A stretch of 64,000 bases of DNA from Paragordius varius (lineage: Eukaryota; Animalia; Nematomorpha), in the NCBI GenBank assembly GCA_964247055.1, contig OZ176051.1, forward strand, positions 8,618,001 through 8,682,000, given 5' to 3'. A program made the translations under genes and the position numbers. Numbering within the stretch: position 1 is the first letter of the stretch; each line of letters opens with the position of its first letter. The notes beneath the pieces were generated by a model. That model was not told the DNA's origin, ran no database searches, and saw only the letters and a list, made by a program, of their open reading frames with translations. Positions 33,424-47,800 of this stretch are shown piece after piece.

Positions 33424-34478
33424 CACAGTGGCCACTATATTCTGAAATACTATTCTCATAAGATGTATGGATTGGCATAATAATGCTTTTGGTTTTTCCC
33501 TTATAATTGTAAAACGATTTTTACACCTTTTTGGTACCCGTTTGTTAGATGGCAAAATTTGTGCATATTCTGTAAATAAAAATTTTTTTGAAAGCTAAAT
33601 GCATACATCATAATCTACATATAAAGGCAAAACAATATTTTTATAACCCGAAATCACTTTTTTGCCCGTCTAAAATGGGGTAGTTTTATTAAAAAATGGC
33701 TTGCACAATAAAAACATGAAAAAAGTTTTAAAAATTAGAGATTTTCTTAAAAATTTTTATAACGAAAATTTGGTGAAGCAAGTTTTATGGTGTTTTTAAG
33801 CCTAGTGACGGTAATGTTTTAATATATTATGAAAACCCTTTTTTCATATAAGTCAATGATGAACATTTCTATCCCTCAGAAATTTAATTTAGGTTTGTTT
33901 GCTTTTTTGGGGTATTAAAATTACATTTTGAAGACAGAAAATTTTTATGAAAATTTTGAGGTCAGAGAAATTTCCATCATTGAATTATATAGCAAAAGTG
34001 TTTATATATCTTGAAGCGTTACACCGTTCATGCCCCAATATAAAAGTACGCCTCAACAAAATTTTGCTTAGATTTAGGTGTTTTAATAAAAATATGTTTT
34101 TTGTTATAATGTAGCTTATATTAAGAAGTTTATGCGAAATCTCGGCATTACATTTATTGAGAGAACTAACCCATTTGAGACGGACAAAAAATTTGGGATC
34201 GGATAATCAACTAAAAATTAACATTTTATATATTTTACAGTTTAATATATTGTTCATATTTATTTTTTGGAATGCTGTATAAACACCTTTCACTAAAAAA
34301 ATTTTAATTAACAAAATTGCACTATTGTGCCATTTTTTAATAAAAGGCAGTTACCATAAAAGTTTAAATAACTTTAAAATCTCCCATAAAGGCCAAAACC
34401 GAAAAAACCATATAATTTTGATTTTTTTTCATCAAAATATGAATGAGGCTCCCTACCCCCGATTTTGGATGCATTGTA
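33424..34478. mobile_element. Possible old Transib/CMC-like non-autonomous element
   Basis: The left end begins CACAGTGG and the putative right end is degenerate (GCATTGTA). Internal inverted repeat TTTGCCCGTCTAAAATGGG (~33661) / CCCATTTGAGACGGACAAA (~34170). No TSD found. Confidence 0.35.
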
Positions 34479-36239
34479 ATTGCCTTTACAAAACCTAATA
34501 TGCATTAAAAAAAATTGTGAAATTTATATGGATACATTTTAAATTATTTATATTTGATATATCCCTGGACTACTCAAAAGATATTGAGTGTTAAAAAGCA
34601 TTTTTGCAATATATATATATAATAATTAAAACAAACTTTATCACATTTTTATTTTGACGTCATATATTAATTTTTTTCCCAAAGTTTTAACTTGTGATAA
34701 GTTTATGAAAGTTAAATTGAATTGAATATTATGCTATTTAAAAAAACTGTTCTTTTTATTTAAACTTAAATTTTTTAAATTTAGGATTTTACAAATCAGA
34801 ACTAACAAATACTTGTAAAAGCAGTATTTGTTGAACAAAAGTATTCAAGTTAAAATTAATGTAAATATTTTTTGCCATTAGCCACCCGAAAGTAAAAAAT
34901 TGGCAGCCAATGGAAATTTTTATAAAATTTTACATATTTTAAATATTTTAATTATAATGCGCCTGAAATGGGATTAAAACGATCCAATATCAAATATATT
35001 TTTAACTTAAATATTTTTCATATCCCTGGCTACTCTCAAAGGTAGGGCAGGTATAACATTGGCTTTATCGGAATAAATAGATGTTCATTCAATTGCTAAA
35101 TACATTTTTATATAAATTTAATATAAACACTTATATGTTTTTGGGAATTTTTTTAATGAAATAGAAGTGCATAAAATATCTAATTAAAATGACACGAGAT
35201 GGGATGATCATAAAATTTTTAAAGCATTTTTATTGGAGCAGACATAGCATTGCTCAATATTTATGTGTAAATAGCCAATTTATCCGCATATTAATGAATT
35301 ATTTTTTATATTTTATACTTATTCATAATTCAATTATATGAATTTTGGATAAAATGGCATATTTTACTAAAAATATTTTCGCCTATTCGTTTCTTTTTTA
35401 CTGGTTAACCCGAGATTTAACCCAATAATATATACACCCAGCGTTTTTTCAACAATATAAATAATAAAATTATCGCTGGAGCTTATACATGTCCAAACCT
35501 TTAGACACGTTTTAGGGAGTAAATTTTATTAATAAACTTATTTAGATTATATAAATCTCATAAATATGTGATTGAACAGTGTTTCATGAATATCATGATG
35601 CTTTTCGTTTAGGGCCTTGGATTAAAAAAATTAATTTAAAGATGTGGGCACTGAATGTCTCAAATTTTGCCTCTGAAAAGGGCTAGTGAACAAACGCAAA
35701 AATGTGATTGCGAAATTTTAAATATCCAAATTATGATATCAAATAATAGATAATTTGCCTCAACATTTTTGGTGTTTTGAGCTGAAAACAATACAAATCA
35801 GTTTAGGATTTATAAAAACACTTCTCTATATAATTTGATGCTAAACATTTCTATTACAAAATCAATTTTGATTAGAAATTCGTTCTTCTTAAAAGTTAAA
35901 TACAATTTTGAATTTGCGCACAAAAAAATATAATTGGGATAATTCGGCTAACAAAAATAATTTATTTGGAAAAATATGAGGTAATTCTGTGGATTTCCGA
36001 TGGGGGTTTACCAAACACTGGAGACACATTAGATATGTAGGCTCTTTCTTTCCTTCCCAGAAAATGCAATGATAGATACATTTTATCATAATGTTATCAG
36101 AATTTCAGTGATATGTTAAGCCATATATTTTTTTAAGGTATATCCTTTTTATTATATAAAGTATTTATTGCGTTTTGAATTTTCTTATTTAAACATTTAA
36201 CTATATATATATATATATATATATTGATTGCAACCATTA

Positions 36240-37326
36240 CACTAGACAACAAATTTTAACTTTTTTTAACTGCCATTCTTGTAAATTCATAATTTATTTC
36301 ATTAAAGTACATAATTATATATCAGAAAAAAAAATTGGTCTAGCATTCAAGAATTTTTTTATATTAGAGTTTATCGATAATTTTTGGCCTGATTTAACAT
36401 TAAACTCGAAATTTCGAAAATTAAAAGTTTTAGATATGTATTTTATATCATTCGAAAGAGCGCAAAAAACTGCATCTTTTAAATGGTAGTAAGTCATTTA
36501 AATCAATCGGATGTAAAAGTTATTTGGATTTAAATGGTCGAAATTTTCAATCCTTAAATAAGTCAAGACACAGACAAACTAATTTGAAAATCATATAAAT
36601 TATTTTATAATTATTAGGGTTATATTAGTATTTAATTAAAAAAAAATGTTTGAAAAAGCTTTTGGTTTGCTTTTTTAATAAAAATTATTATTATCATAAA
36701 TATTTTACTTAGTGGATACTAAAATGCATAATTATAACTGTAAATTTATTACATAATGGCTATAAGAGATCAAAAATTCCTTAAACTTTGTTTTTATCTT
36801 TAAAATTTCGAAATTATCAGCGTCGTAAAGAAAAAAATATTGATGAGATAGTAATTTTTAATAAACAAAAATCTTAAAAATGACTGTTTTTAGTGACATA
36901 AAAGCAATAAAAAAATGTTTTAATCATGTGTTATCTTTTTTGGACATTCATCACCAACTAAACAAAGTTTGAGCTATTTTCATCCATTATTAAAAATATA
37001 ATAATTAAAAAAAGTGCTCTCGCTTCGCGCGTTTGTCGCTCTTTGTGTCCAATATTAACTGTCGATGTAATACATATTAGTATGTATTTTATAGAGTTTT
37101 TATTACTCTTTCGAATGATATTTTACAAATGGGCATTACTTGTATATTTTCAAAGAAAAACATTTTTCAGTAAAATTTTGATAAAGAGGGCGCATAATCA
37201 AAAAAATCAAATTTAACAAAATTCTTCCATCGGGTTATAATTTTTATTTTAGATTTACTGTTAGAATGATACTAAATATCAGAAAATGCAAAAAACTCGA
37301 GTGGCAGAAAAATTTGTTGTCCAGTG
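36240..37326. mobile_element. CACTA/CMC-type non-autonomous DNA transposon (~1.09 kb)
   Basis: TIR CACT(A/G)GACAACAAATTTT at both ends, a subterminal CTGCCA match, and 3-bp flanks TTA/TTA. Confidence 0.7.
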
Positions 37327-37602
37327 TTATAATATAAAAATGATTATTGACTTGAAAATAACATAAAAAATAAAAATAATGTTAATCAAAGTGTGCCAAA
37401 TTTAGACTTTTATTTTAAGTATTTTCCGATTTGCATTTACTTATACAACTGGTGGTTACTTATGATATATAAATAATTTATGACAATTTTAAAAAAACAG
37501 ATTTCTTTTCAAAATTATTTGTGTGATTATATTTCCCCCCCCCCCCTTTTTTTTTAAAGCTAGAAAAACTATTTAACCCAAAATTTGGCACAAATATATA
37601 TA

Positions 37603-38718
37603 CCATTTGCCTAGAGTCTTAAACACTTCAAGTTGGTCTTTAAACATTTCTAGTTGGTCCTATGACTTTTTTTGCTTTGTTTTTAACTTTTATAAATCAA
37701 ATCGTAAATAATTCATCTATTTTATTGCTTTTAACCTATATTCTATTATTTAACATAAATTTTAAATCGATATCAACTTTTAATATTTGATAAACCGTAT
37801 ATCTTTATTAATTTCTTAAAATAATTTTGGATATTTATAAGACTGTAACACGAAATGAAAAAATATATAAGTTTTCTGGGTTATTAATTGAAATTTTTAT
37901 TTAAAACATTTAAAAATCAATAATTTTGTTCAATTGAAAAAAATAGTTTGAAACAAAAAAATGGTTTTTAAATAAAAAAATATATTTTTAAATGAATAAA
38001 TATATAATAAATGAAGAAAATTAGGTTAATAAATAATAAAATAAAAAAATAAATGCAAATATTATGGTCAAATCAAAATTTATAAATTTTAAGGACCAAC
38101 TTGAAGTGTTTAAGGACCAACTTGAAATGTACAAGGACCAACTTGAATTGTTCAAGGACCAACTTGATTGTTCAAGGACCAACTTGAATTGTTCAAGGAC
38201 CAACTTGAAGTGTTTAAGGACACTTCAAGTCGGTCTTTTAACATTTCTAGTTGGTCCTCTGACTTTTTTAACTTTTATCAATCAAATCGTATATCATTCA
38301 TCTATTTTATCGTTTTTAACCTATTTTATATTAGTAATCTTAAATTTTAAATCAATATCAATTTTCCATCATTGAGAAACCGTATATCTTTATTGATTCA
38401 TTAAAATCATTTTGGATATATAAAGAATTTAACACGTAATTAAAAATATATAGTTTTCTGGGCTATTATTCACAATCTTTTATTGAAAACATTTAAAAGT
38501 TAATAATTTTGTCTAATTGAATAAAAAATTGGTTGAAACAAAAAAATGGTTTTTGAATAAAATTTTTTAGTTTAAATGAATAAATATATAATAAATATAG
38601 AAAATTAGGTTAAAAAATAATAAAATAAAAAATAAATGCAAATATTATGGTCAAATTAAAACTTAAAAATTTTAAGACCAACTTGAAATTTTCAAAGACC
38701 AACTTGAAGTGCAAATGG
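37603..38718. mobile_element. Head-to-tail dimer of foldback family A, inverted relative to 23692-24353
   Basis: Outer termini TA|CCATTTGC and GCAAATGG|TA. Internal region duplicated (~37660-38090 vs ~38250-38680). Fused right-arm/left-arm junction at ~38219-38224. Confidence 0.75.
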
Positions 38719-39248
38719 TATATAATCCGTATGGTGTCGGAAAAACTGGTTTTGGCCTCAACGTTTTTTTGTAAACAGTTGCATGTTCCCGTTTTGCGCG
38801 TACTGGTTATGACTTTCACTGTTTTATTTTTTATTCCCCATTAGATATATTTACAATATGGTAAAAACGATAAAAAATGTTATAGCAAATTTTTGTTACT
38901 TTCTAAAACTTCTTTACACATTTTTGTTAATGAACCAAATAAAAAGTGTTAATTTTTCAAATTGAATTTTGTATTACAAAATCATTATTACCGCAGCTCT
39001 GTCCAATGTGATTCTTAAAAAGGTAGCGGTTTATGTTCTATGAAGTTCGGGGTTTATTTTCACTCGACATATTCAAAAACATTTTAGCCAATATAAACAA
39101 AATTATAAATGAAACTATCACAAACAAGTAACTAATATTTTATATCCACAATTTAATCTACCAGCTTATTCGCGGCCGCAAACAATGCCACTTGGGATTA
39201 TCTTTACAAATTCAGGGTTAATTTCATATTTAATGTTTAATAATATAA

Positions 39249-40520
39249 ATGATTCAAATGTCAAAATTAACAAAGACAGAATACGTCATTGCATATAAAT
39301 ATATATATAATATTATTACGCTTTTTATGACTAATAATTATATTGAGGGTAATGATTTTTATAATAAAAATAAATTTACTTTGCAAATAATTTTTTTGAT
39401 CTTGTTAATCATGCTCCTTATAATATTATTAACTTTGTTATTTGCTTGTTTAGTCAAAATATTTAATCTGGAAAGGGAGTTTCACCAATTACTACGTATA
39501 ATTTGCCCATCATGTAGCCAAGCGTTCTCAAGAAAAAAGGGCACAGGAAGTATACTTAGAAAATCTCCTTTCTTGAATCCATTTTATTCAATTCTCTCAT
39601 TGGCAGAAGGCGATGAAGAAAATGTGGCTCAAGGTGATTATTATTCATTTAAATCTTTGACACACCTTAGCCCAATACCCACGCCCATAAAAAGCTATAA
39701 GTTAGTAAACGTAGATTCTCCCGAGACTCCTGATTCACAAAGTCCAATCAACACACAGTTGATAACTAAGGTTTTAACACCCAAAGTTTTAGGTTTTCAA
39801 GATGATAATACAAAGGAAAGCCTACAGCCGTTTTTATCATTGAATCTGTCAAAAACACTTCCGAATTTGTCACCAATAAATATTAGCTCAAGCACAGCTA
39901 AAATACAACAATCCTCAAGTCCGTTACAAAAAAATATACATGATAGGGTCACCAATTTAAACTACGAGCCTTCCATGAAAAAAACAATAGAAAATTTAAC
40001 TAGTAAAAAATATCCCCCAAATACTGCTAATGCACAGCTAGCTCAACACTTAGAAAGTAATATTCAATATAAACCAGCTGGTAATATTAATCTTCCCTTA
40101 AACAATAAGGGTAAAACGATGGAGATATCAGACGGTAAGAATGTTGCGCCATTTAAGAAAAAAGTGAGGTTTGCATTACCCGAATCTGGTAATGAAAAAT
40201 TATTTTATCCGACTGATGAGCCATTGCAAAAACCTGAAGCCTATGATGAAGACAGTGATGAAAACAGCGATAGCTTTGAGGATAGTCAAGAAAATTTGAT
40301 GGATCCCACATCGCTGAAAGAAGGCAACGAGAAAACGTATGAAGTCGAAAGTAACGCGTCTTATACCACTTATTATGAAGAAACCGGTACAAATAACATA
40401 AAATCTGATAATCAAAATATATCTTCACAAATAAAAGATGATAAAAGCGGGCAATATAGCACGGATTATTATTATACATCATCAAATTATTATGAAGAAA
40501 AGGGAGGTGGTAAAGAATAA
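39249..40520 (+). CDS. Intronless orphan protein (423 aa; true start may be the ATG at 39327): single N-terminal TM helix, long S/P/T- and acidic-rich tail, KKKVRF motif
   Basis: A 1272-nt ORF in DNA where chance ORFs are short. Hydrophobic run FTLQIIFLILLIMLLIILLTLLFACLVKIF, followed by CPSC and RKK. No recognised domain. Confidence 0.8.
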   Translation: MIQMSKLTKTEYVIAYKYIYNIITLFMTNNYIEGNDFYNKNKFTLQIIFLILLIMLLIILLTLLFACLVKIFNLEREFHQLLRIICPSCSQAFSRKKGTGSILRKSPFLNPFYSILSLAEGDEENVAQGDYYSFKSLTHLSPIPTPIKSYKLVNVDSPETPDSQSPINTQLITKVLTPKVLGFQDDNTKESLQPFLSLNLSKTLPNLSPINISSSTAKIQQSSSPLQKNIHDRVTNLNYEPSMKKTIENLTSKKYPPNTANAQLAQHLESNIQYKPAGNINLPLNNKGKTMEISDGKNVAPFKKKVRFALPESGNEKLFYPTDEPLQKPEAYDEDSDENSDSFEDSQENLMDPTSLKEGNEKTYEVESNASYTTYYEETGTNNIKSDNQNISSQIKDDKSGQYSTDYYYTSSNYYEEKGGGKE

Positions 40521-42721
40521 ACCGTGGGGACATGGATATTTATATATACTATTTAAGGCCAATGTTCAAAAACAATCTCTTAAATATAATGTATTTTATG
40601 ATCATGTCATGTAAATGATTGCTAATCAGCAACTAATAGTTAGTGATATATTATAATTTATCAAAAAGAAAAGTAATAAAAAAACATGATTTAAATCGGA
40701 TTGAAGTAAAAAAGTTGGTAAATAGAGTTTCTTGCCATTTTTTTCTTTCTGAAAATAAAAAATTCCTTTATCTAAAAAAGAATTGAAGTAACCGTAAAGA
40801 ACATTAAAGTGTGATCGTAAAGGGCGTTTTAAGGGTGGAAAAGTTTTGGTCAAAATCTTCGTTATTAAATGCTATATAATATTAAATTTTATAAAGAAAA
40901 TCTAGAAATTATACGTATCAGGTGTTGACATACGAAATTTTTAAATTTTTTTAATAAAAGCTACATTAAACACAATTGTATAAAAAGGTTATTATAAAGT
41001 ACATAAGTAATAATTTTTTCATTAGATTTAGTTAAATTCCTAAAACCTTTCTAATATTTGACAAGATGGCCTGCTTCATTGGTTGTGTTACGCACCTATA
41101 AATACTAAAATATATGATATTATATCAACAAGCGTTGTCCTTCATGTCAGATTGTGCCCAAATATTGGTAAACATATTTGGCACACCTCGATTTTAAAAT
41201 AAGTAATATCAAAGCATTATGATAATGTTAATGACAACAACGCGGAATACAGGTCACCTCACGATTGGTAAATAATTGTCAAAGGAGAAAAAAATGCTTT
41301 TGTAAAAGCAATTTGTATACATGTATATATATATATATTATCCTGTTAAAGTAAATTATTTCTTTTAATTGATGTTATAAGAATAATAATTGGATTTAAA
41401 GGGGAAAATACCGTTTAGACACGCCCCGAAAAAAAGGGGTTTTATCTATTTTTTATGATGGAACGTTAACGAAAGCAGTTAATTATATTTTCAGTTCCAT
41501 ATATATATTTATTTAATTTCAATAACATGTATTATCAAAGATTATTATAATATGTTATAGATTATTAAAAAAATTTAGTGCAAAAAAGGACTTATCTTTG
41601 ATTTTCTTGTAGCATGAGTATCGTACAAATCAACTTGTTTGCAAAAGTATTTTTTTACGAGTTACCCCTAAACTCTATCAGATTATTATATTTTACTGTC
41701 TATACACATAAGGATCATTTATTTCTAAGCTATAAATGTACCGGAGATGGCTTTCAATTGGTTTAAAAGAAGTTTGATCACTTTACCAATTTTTTTCAAA
41801 AAATATGCAATTTGAAAGAAAAATATAATTTAAAATATTATCCATCGAATTAATATTTTCATCTTTTAGGTAGTATATCAACGTGCCAGAAAAAAATGAT
41901 TGTCTTGAGCAGAATACCAGCCATTGAAGCCACTGTCCATTATATTTGTAATTATTGAGGTACTATTCTACGAAGAGGTGCCCAACTGATGCAAAGTTGT
42001 TCTGGTAGTTTCAGGCGAAAGTTATGCAAATGCTTAAAAATACTTTCACTGATTTCGCTAGGTGCAAAGAAAACATTCTAATTTAACAAAATAACCAGTT
42101 TTCTAGCTCCGGTGTTTTTGAATTTATGAATGGTTTTGTCAACTAGATGTGTGTATTAACGATTTCACGGGGCCCCGAAAATTCTACCGCTTTAGTCCCA
42201 CCACAGTTAAAGCGGAATTTCACTAGTTACTTTTAGTTTTTTCGATTTGTAGTTTTTCTAATTAAGCACCTTTTTACCAGGTTTGGTCTCTACCATTGCT
42301 CTTATACATCTATAGATTTTTTTATATGTTGGTCTAGCAATTGTAGTTCTGTATGTCATCCTTTAGTTGTGTGATCTATTAGAGGGCCTACAATCTTTCA
42401 TATAAAATAATAAATTCTGTTATTTATAACCATGTTTTTCACGTGGACCATGTTTACGATATGGCTACTAATTTACTTAAAATCCTTTTTCTTCTGATGA
42501 CACCGTAAATGTTTTTTCTTTGTCAAAAATTTGACATGCTTGCTAAGTGATAAATAATGACATTTTATAGACTTATTATGTGCGTTTGATGTTTAATGTC
42601 ATGACAAAAAGGGGTCCGTATCAAATTGGATGCGTGATTTTCGCCGACTTTTATAACCGTAAAAATATATGAATAAACATGGTTATATATATACAAATGG
42701 GGTTTATAATAAATATACTGA

Positions 42722-42763
<42 letters not shown>

Positions 42764-42911
42764 ATATTAAATAAATATATTCTGATAGGAATATGTATCA
42801 GGATTATCATGGTGCTTTATTCTTTGGTCCTTACGAGTATTATAAGAAAGTTATTTAACTTTTGGGGTAGGTGCTCCATATAGTGAAATCGCAAAATAGT
42901 GCGCATTATAA

Positions 42912-43369
42912 CAGTTGTTAAAATCCGTAATATAACGATAAAAGATAATTAAATAGCTATTAAATGAAATTATAAATAGAAATTATAAACGATATGTGAA
43001 ACCCTTCGTCAATGTAATCGCAGACTAGTTTCGTGCTTGTTAGCACTCATCAGTACGACACAACTATTTGACTTGGGATTTTCACATATCGATTTCGTAT
43101 ATATATCCAACTTTGCAATTTTGGAATAAATGCAGTTGGTTATACGAATTTAAATTAAATTTAATGTAATTTATGAAAATTAAACTGAAAATTTGAAAAA
43201 TAAACTGAAAATTAACTCTAGGGGTGAGCTTAGATTTAGAGTATAGCTACTTAGGGATTTCATAGAAATCAAATTAATAACTAAGAAGCACTCTATATTT
43301 TCTATTTATAATTTCATTTAATGTCTATTTAATTATCCTATATCGTTATATTACGGATTTTAACAAGTG
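42912..43369. mobile_element. MITE with ~80-bp TIRs
   Basis: CAGTTGTTAAAATCCGTAATATAACGAT...TTAAATGAAATTATAAATAGAAA and its reverse complement at ~43295-43369. Confidence 0.7.
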
Positions 43370-44837
43370 TTATTACAAAACATAAACAATCCGTTCATTA
43401 CCATTACAATATCATCTTTATCTTAGTGCGCATTATGTTGGATAAAGGTTTTTGGTGAGAGCTAAATGCTTTATTTCAAAATATATCACTAAAAATTGTA
43501 AAAAGCTAATATAAAAAGCAAAAAATATTTTTTTTGAATATTTATTTCAGTGTGGGCCTTGAAAATCCCTAGTAAAAAATGGGCTGATTCATTAATATTA
43601 ATACATTTCGATCGATAAAAAATATGATTATATCTAATTATTAATATCAATCAAAATTATTTTTAAATGCATGCTTTTTTCAAAAATTTAATTTTAGCAG
43701 AATTTTGTTAAAATATTTTCATTTGAAACATGTCGGAAATAGTATAAATACGCTAATAATTTATTTAATATTTTGATGATGCTGAACATTTCTTATACAG
43801 AATTTCTATTAAAATAATTGTGTCTTTTTATTATGATAAAATACAAATTGTGTTTTTGTACCTTAAAAAAATTACAGTCGCCCATTAAAAATAATGTAAT
43901 TAAAATGTAAATCGTATTATCAATCGCAAGCGAAAAACCAAAAGCACCATTATAATCCTTTTCCTTTTTTAATATATGTTTTATCAAGATAATTTTTTGT
44001 CCACACTCTAATATATATATAACGGAGTAAAAATTATCTGTCTCCGGACTATGCCGTTGACAAAAATTTGAGATTTATATTCTGCATTTACCTTATTTTA
44101 GGCAAAAAATTAATAGTATTCCTAAATCTAGAAAAGTAAAACCTAAACCATAACAAAGAGACAAAAATTGATATAAAACAAAAACTACGACACCAAAAAC
44201 GGTTCCGGCTATTTTGATTAAAATAACTAAAAACTTTGTTATCAAATATTTAGGGCACGAAGGGGTTTAATTTATGAATTACTATGATAGATATACGTTT
44301 CAAATGTAATTTCTTGATTTTAGATACAAGTCATTATGGTAGTTCCTTTTTTTTGAGGTAATCGCTCAGTATTCAAAATTTACAATTATCGCACATATCA
44401 TCATATTTTGTTATTGAATCTCAAACATAATTTCCAACTTTCGGAACCTTCTAAAACGGGCGCTTTCTCATAAAATAAACGCAGAAGTGCCGATCGCGAT
44501 AACAATATTCTAGATTATGGATGGAATCAAAGAATATGCTGTTATGAAACTCATTTGAAAATTCTGTCGATGCATATTTTATAATCGGAATATAAACACT
44601 AGAATATACCATTAAAACTGGTCTTAAACTTTTGTAGTTTCCAACCCCATTTATGATGGCGAGTTTCTTAACGACCCCAACAATATAAAAGAAAAATAAT
44701 AATTTCTTCGTAATAACACTTAGAAACTTTGTTGATAATATTTATCAGGATTATTTCGGGTTTGAGAAATTGACAAAAAATCTACATTTTTTACAAATAT
44801 CTATAACATTTTCTGATTCATAATAAATTATAAAAGA

Positions 44838-44880
44838 TACTAGCTGGACCTGTCACGCTTCGGTGGCGTATCACCGATAA
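44838..44880 (+). mobile_element. Possible Helitron-like terminus
   Basis: ACTAGCTGGACCTGTCACGCTTCGG resembles 5' ends of non-autonomous Helitrons, and is followed by a TCGGTG/CACCGA hairpin. The other end was not found. Confidence 0.25.
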
Positions 44881-47800
44881 TTATTCTTAATAATTTGCAA
44901 TAAATAGAGTTAATGGAGATAAAAATATAATAATAAACATATTTAATAAACAATGTCTTTAATTATTATTTTACGGGTTTATGCATAGGCTGAATTGTTT
45001 GCTCGAAATTGACCTAATTATTCTATCACTTATGAAAGTTAATAATCAATTATCATTTGATTTATTTTAAAATTTTCGTTTTACGAAATCATGGTTAAAA
45101 GTTATAATTTGAAATTGTGTGTATACAGCTGGGATCAAGGGATATAAAAAGTGAATCATTTGTGGTCCCTTTTTAAAGAAAAAAATGATATTATACAAAT
45201 TCCCCAGAATTGTGTTTAACTGATCTATGGCTTCTTAAGTTTTTTGAAAATTAGCCCCAGAACAACGCAATTTCTATATAGTGGCGCAGTTTTAGCGGCT
45301 ATCTGTTTACCCAGCAGCCAATATTAAAAAACCCTAGACTAAAGTTTTTGCCTTTTAACAGAAAATAATTCAAATCCTCAGTGAATTTTAACGGTCTCAT
45401 ACCCTGGGCAATAAATTTAGTTTTTTTGAAAAAAATGGCAGTTTACCGGGAGAACGGGTAAAAAGAGAGCCTAAATCAAAAAAAGTAACCCGGACAGGTT
45501 AGGCGCAATCGAAAAAATGTAAAAAAAATTATATTTGAAATCAAATCCAGGACGTTTTCCGGAAAATTGTATTAAAGACACGATTTTTGGGACTTATGTT
45601 TTCAAAAAAATCCGTTTTTTTACACGGGGTGGGTCTGAACTGGGGGCATAATTCAAAAAAAGGCAGAGCTATTGTCAGGTCATTCATTAATGATTATATT
45701 TTTTTGACATTTGGATTTGGATGGGTCTTCCGGTTTCCGGAAACAGATTAAAAAGCCAGCATTTTCCATTTTTATAAATTAGATCATAATGATCGGAATA
45801 GAAATGCTGGTATAAACAGTCTTTCCAAACCAGAAGATTTTATGATATATTTATTTATGATGATTGTTATTGTTTTATAACAATAATTTTATGTCAAAAA
45901 ACATTTTTTGTTAAATTGTATTTTTATCACTCGCGACCCAAAGATCCATATTTTAAGGAGCCCTGCATTAAAACATTATTTTATTTTAAAATTTGTATTC
46001 GTACATGTGGCCGTCTCATTGAATATGAATCGTGATTTAATTTTACCATATCTATAAGAAAATTTTAGTTAGCATTCATAAGTTAAACAACCAATATATA
46101 GTATAGTTTATTAGTCTTTACCATTCCTTTTCTATAAAATATCGTTTTACGCTTCATATTTTGCTATAATTTTAAAGTAAATTTTTATTTTTTGATTAAT
46201 ATCCTATTTTTAAGTCTTTATCTAGCCAGGCATCAAAAAGTACCGCGGAATCACGGCTTTATCTGTTTTCAAGAAATAAATTGATTTAAATTTAGAACAG
46301 GGGCCAATATGTGTCCCTCCAAAAATTTTTGTGCGGCCTGCGAAAAATTCGGAAATCCATAATTTGCAAAAATATGCTTACAAAATATTAGAATTGAATT
46401 TCCGCTATTTTCGTAAATGAATCTATTCTGTTCAATTGCCAACTAACTAGAAAAATTATATTGTGCTTGCATTTTAGAGTCTAATATCTAAAATTGGATA
46501 AATTATTTGTAAATGCCTACATATATTTCGAATGCGCCCGCCGTGCTTTTTTCGTTTAAAACGCGGCCCGCGGAGCTATTGGTGTTGGACACCCCTGCTT
46601 TAAAGCTCATCAAAAAATAAAATTTTTAAATGTACTTTATAATGTTTTAACATAATTTAATTCAAAAGGTGTGATTTTATCACAAAATTTTGCTCTAAAA
46701 ATTATAAATTGTAAAGATAGGGTAATATATTTTATTTAATAACCGTGAGCTTAAATTTAATAAACCACAGTTTGGAAGGATATTTGGGAAATTTAATTAT
46801 ATTTTTCTCAAGTAATATCAGAAAAAAGCTTATATATTTTAAAGTTTTGTGACTTCTAGAGTGTAAAATTGGGACAGCTCCAAAAACGATTGCAGCCAAC
46901 AACTGATATTAAAATCGAAATATATCCAGTTTTTGGTGGTAAAATATAGCCTAAATGCTTTTTATAGTTAACCATAATATACATTGATTTGCTTGTTGAA
47001 TTAGCCTTTAAAAAAAATTAAAGAAAATGGCGGCAAATAAGTTTGAGACGAGAATCGTTTTTACCATTTTATATTTTCTTAAAAATTTTTTTTGTATAAT
47101 CCGCCTAAAAGGCTAAAGAAAGCATAATTCGGCTTAATACCATAAAAACCTTTTTAGATATTCAAATTCAAATCGCTCTGGGATATAAAATTACCCCAAA
47201 AGGTAATGGAGTGTTGATTAATTTTAACATTTTGACATTACAAAGAGAAGATAAAATTTGTTTCCTTGTGTTATTGAGTATTTCCAAATAAAATTTGAGA
47301 TTTCGAATAATAGTTTATTTTCCGATTAAATTTACTAGCCTTGCAATTTTATTATCAAGTAAAATAATGGTAATCATTTCAAATGAGTTGATTTAACCAT
47401 GAATTTTTTTATGAAACAAAACATGTTAATTTAAAGTGTACTTTTCTTTATCAAAATTACCTTGCTATATGTGTTTATCCTTGTATATAATTGATTTAGT
47501 CAACTGTATAAAAATTGTTTTTCTACTTTAAAATTTTGGTATTTTACAGTTGTATCAAAATCATGCAAATTGTAATAATAGCTATTTTATTTCTAATAAC
47601 TGGTATACTTATATGTTAATATAATTTTTAGTTTATAATGCGTCTCAAATTACTGATGACTATGCATTGAATTACACGATCCTCCCTCTGAATGTTCAGC
47701 AATGTATGTCTCGCAAATTATTATTTAATATTTTTTGTAATCATGAGTCAAATTTAAGATCAAAGGTGTAGTTATTTTCCATACGACACCTTATCCAGAA

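Noticed and set aside
37015-37045. GTGCTCTCGCTTCG resembling the U6 snRNA 5' end
   Set aside because: There is no downstream U6 sequence (ACAGAGA box absent), and it lies inside a DNA transposon.
41860-42400. GC-richer stretch as a gene
   Set aside because: Multiple stops occur in all six frames with no convincing motif; probably an old retroelement relic that I cannot classify.
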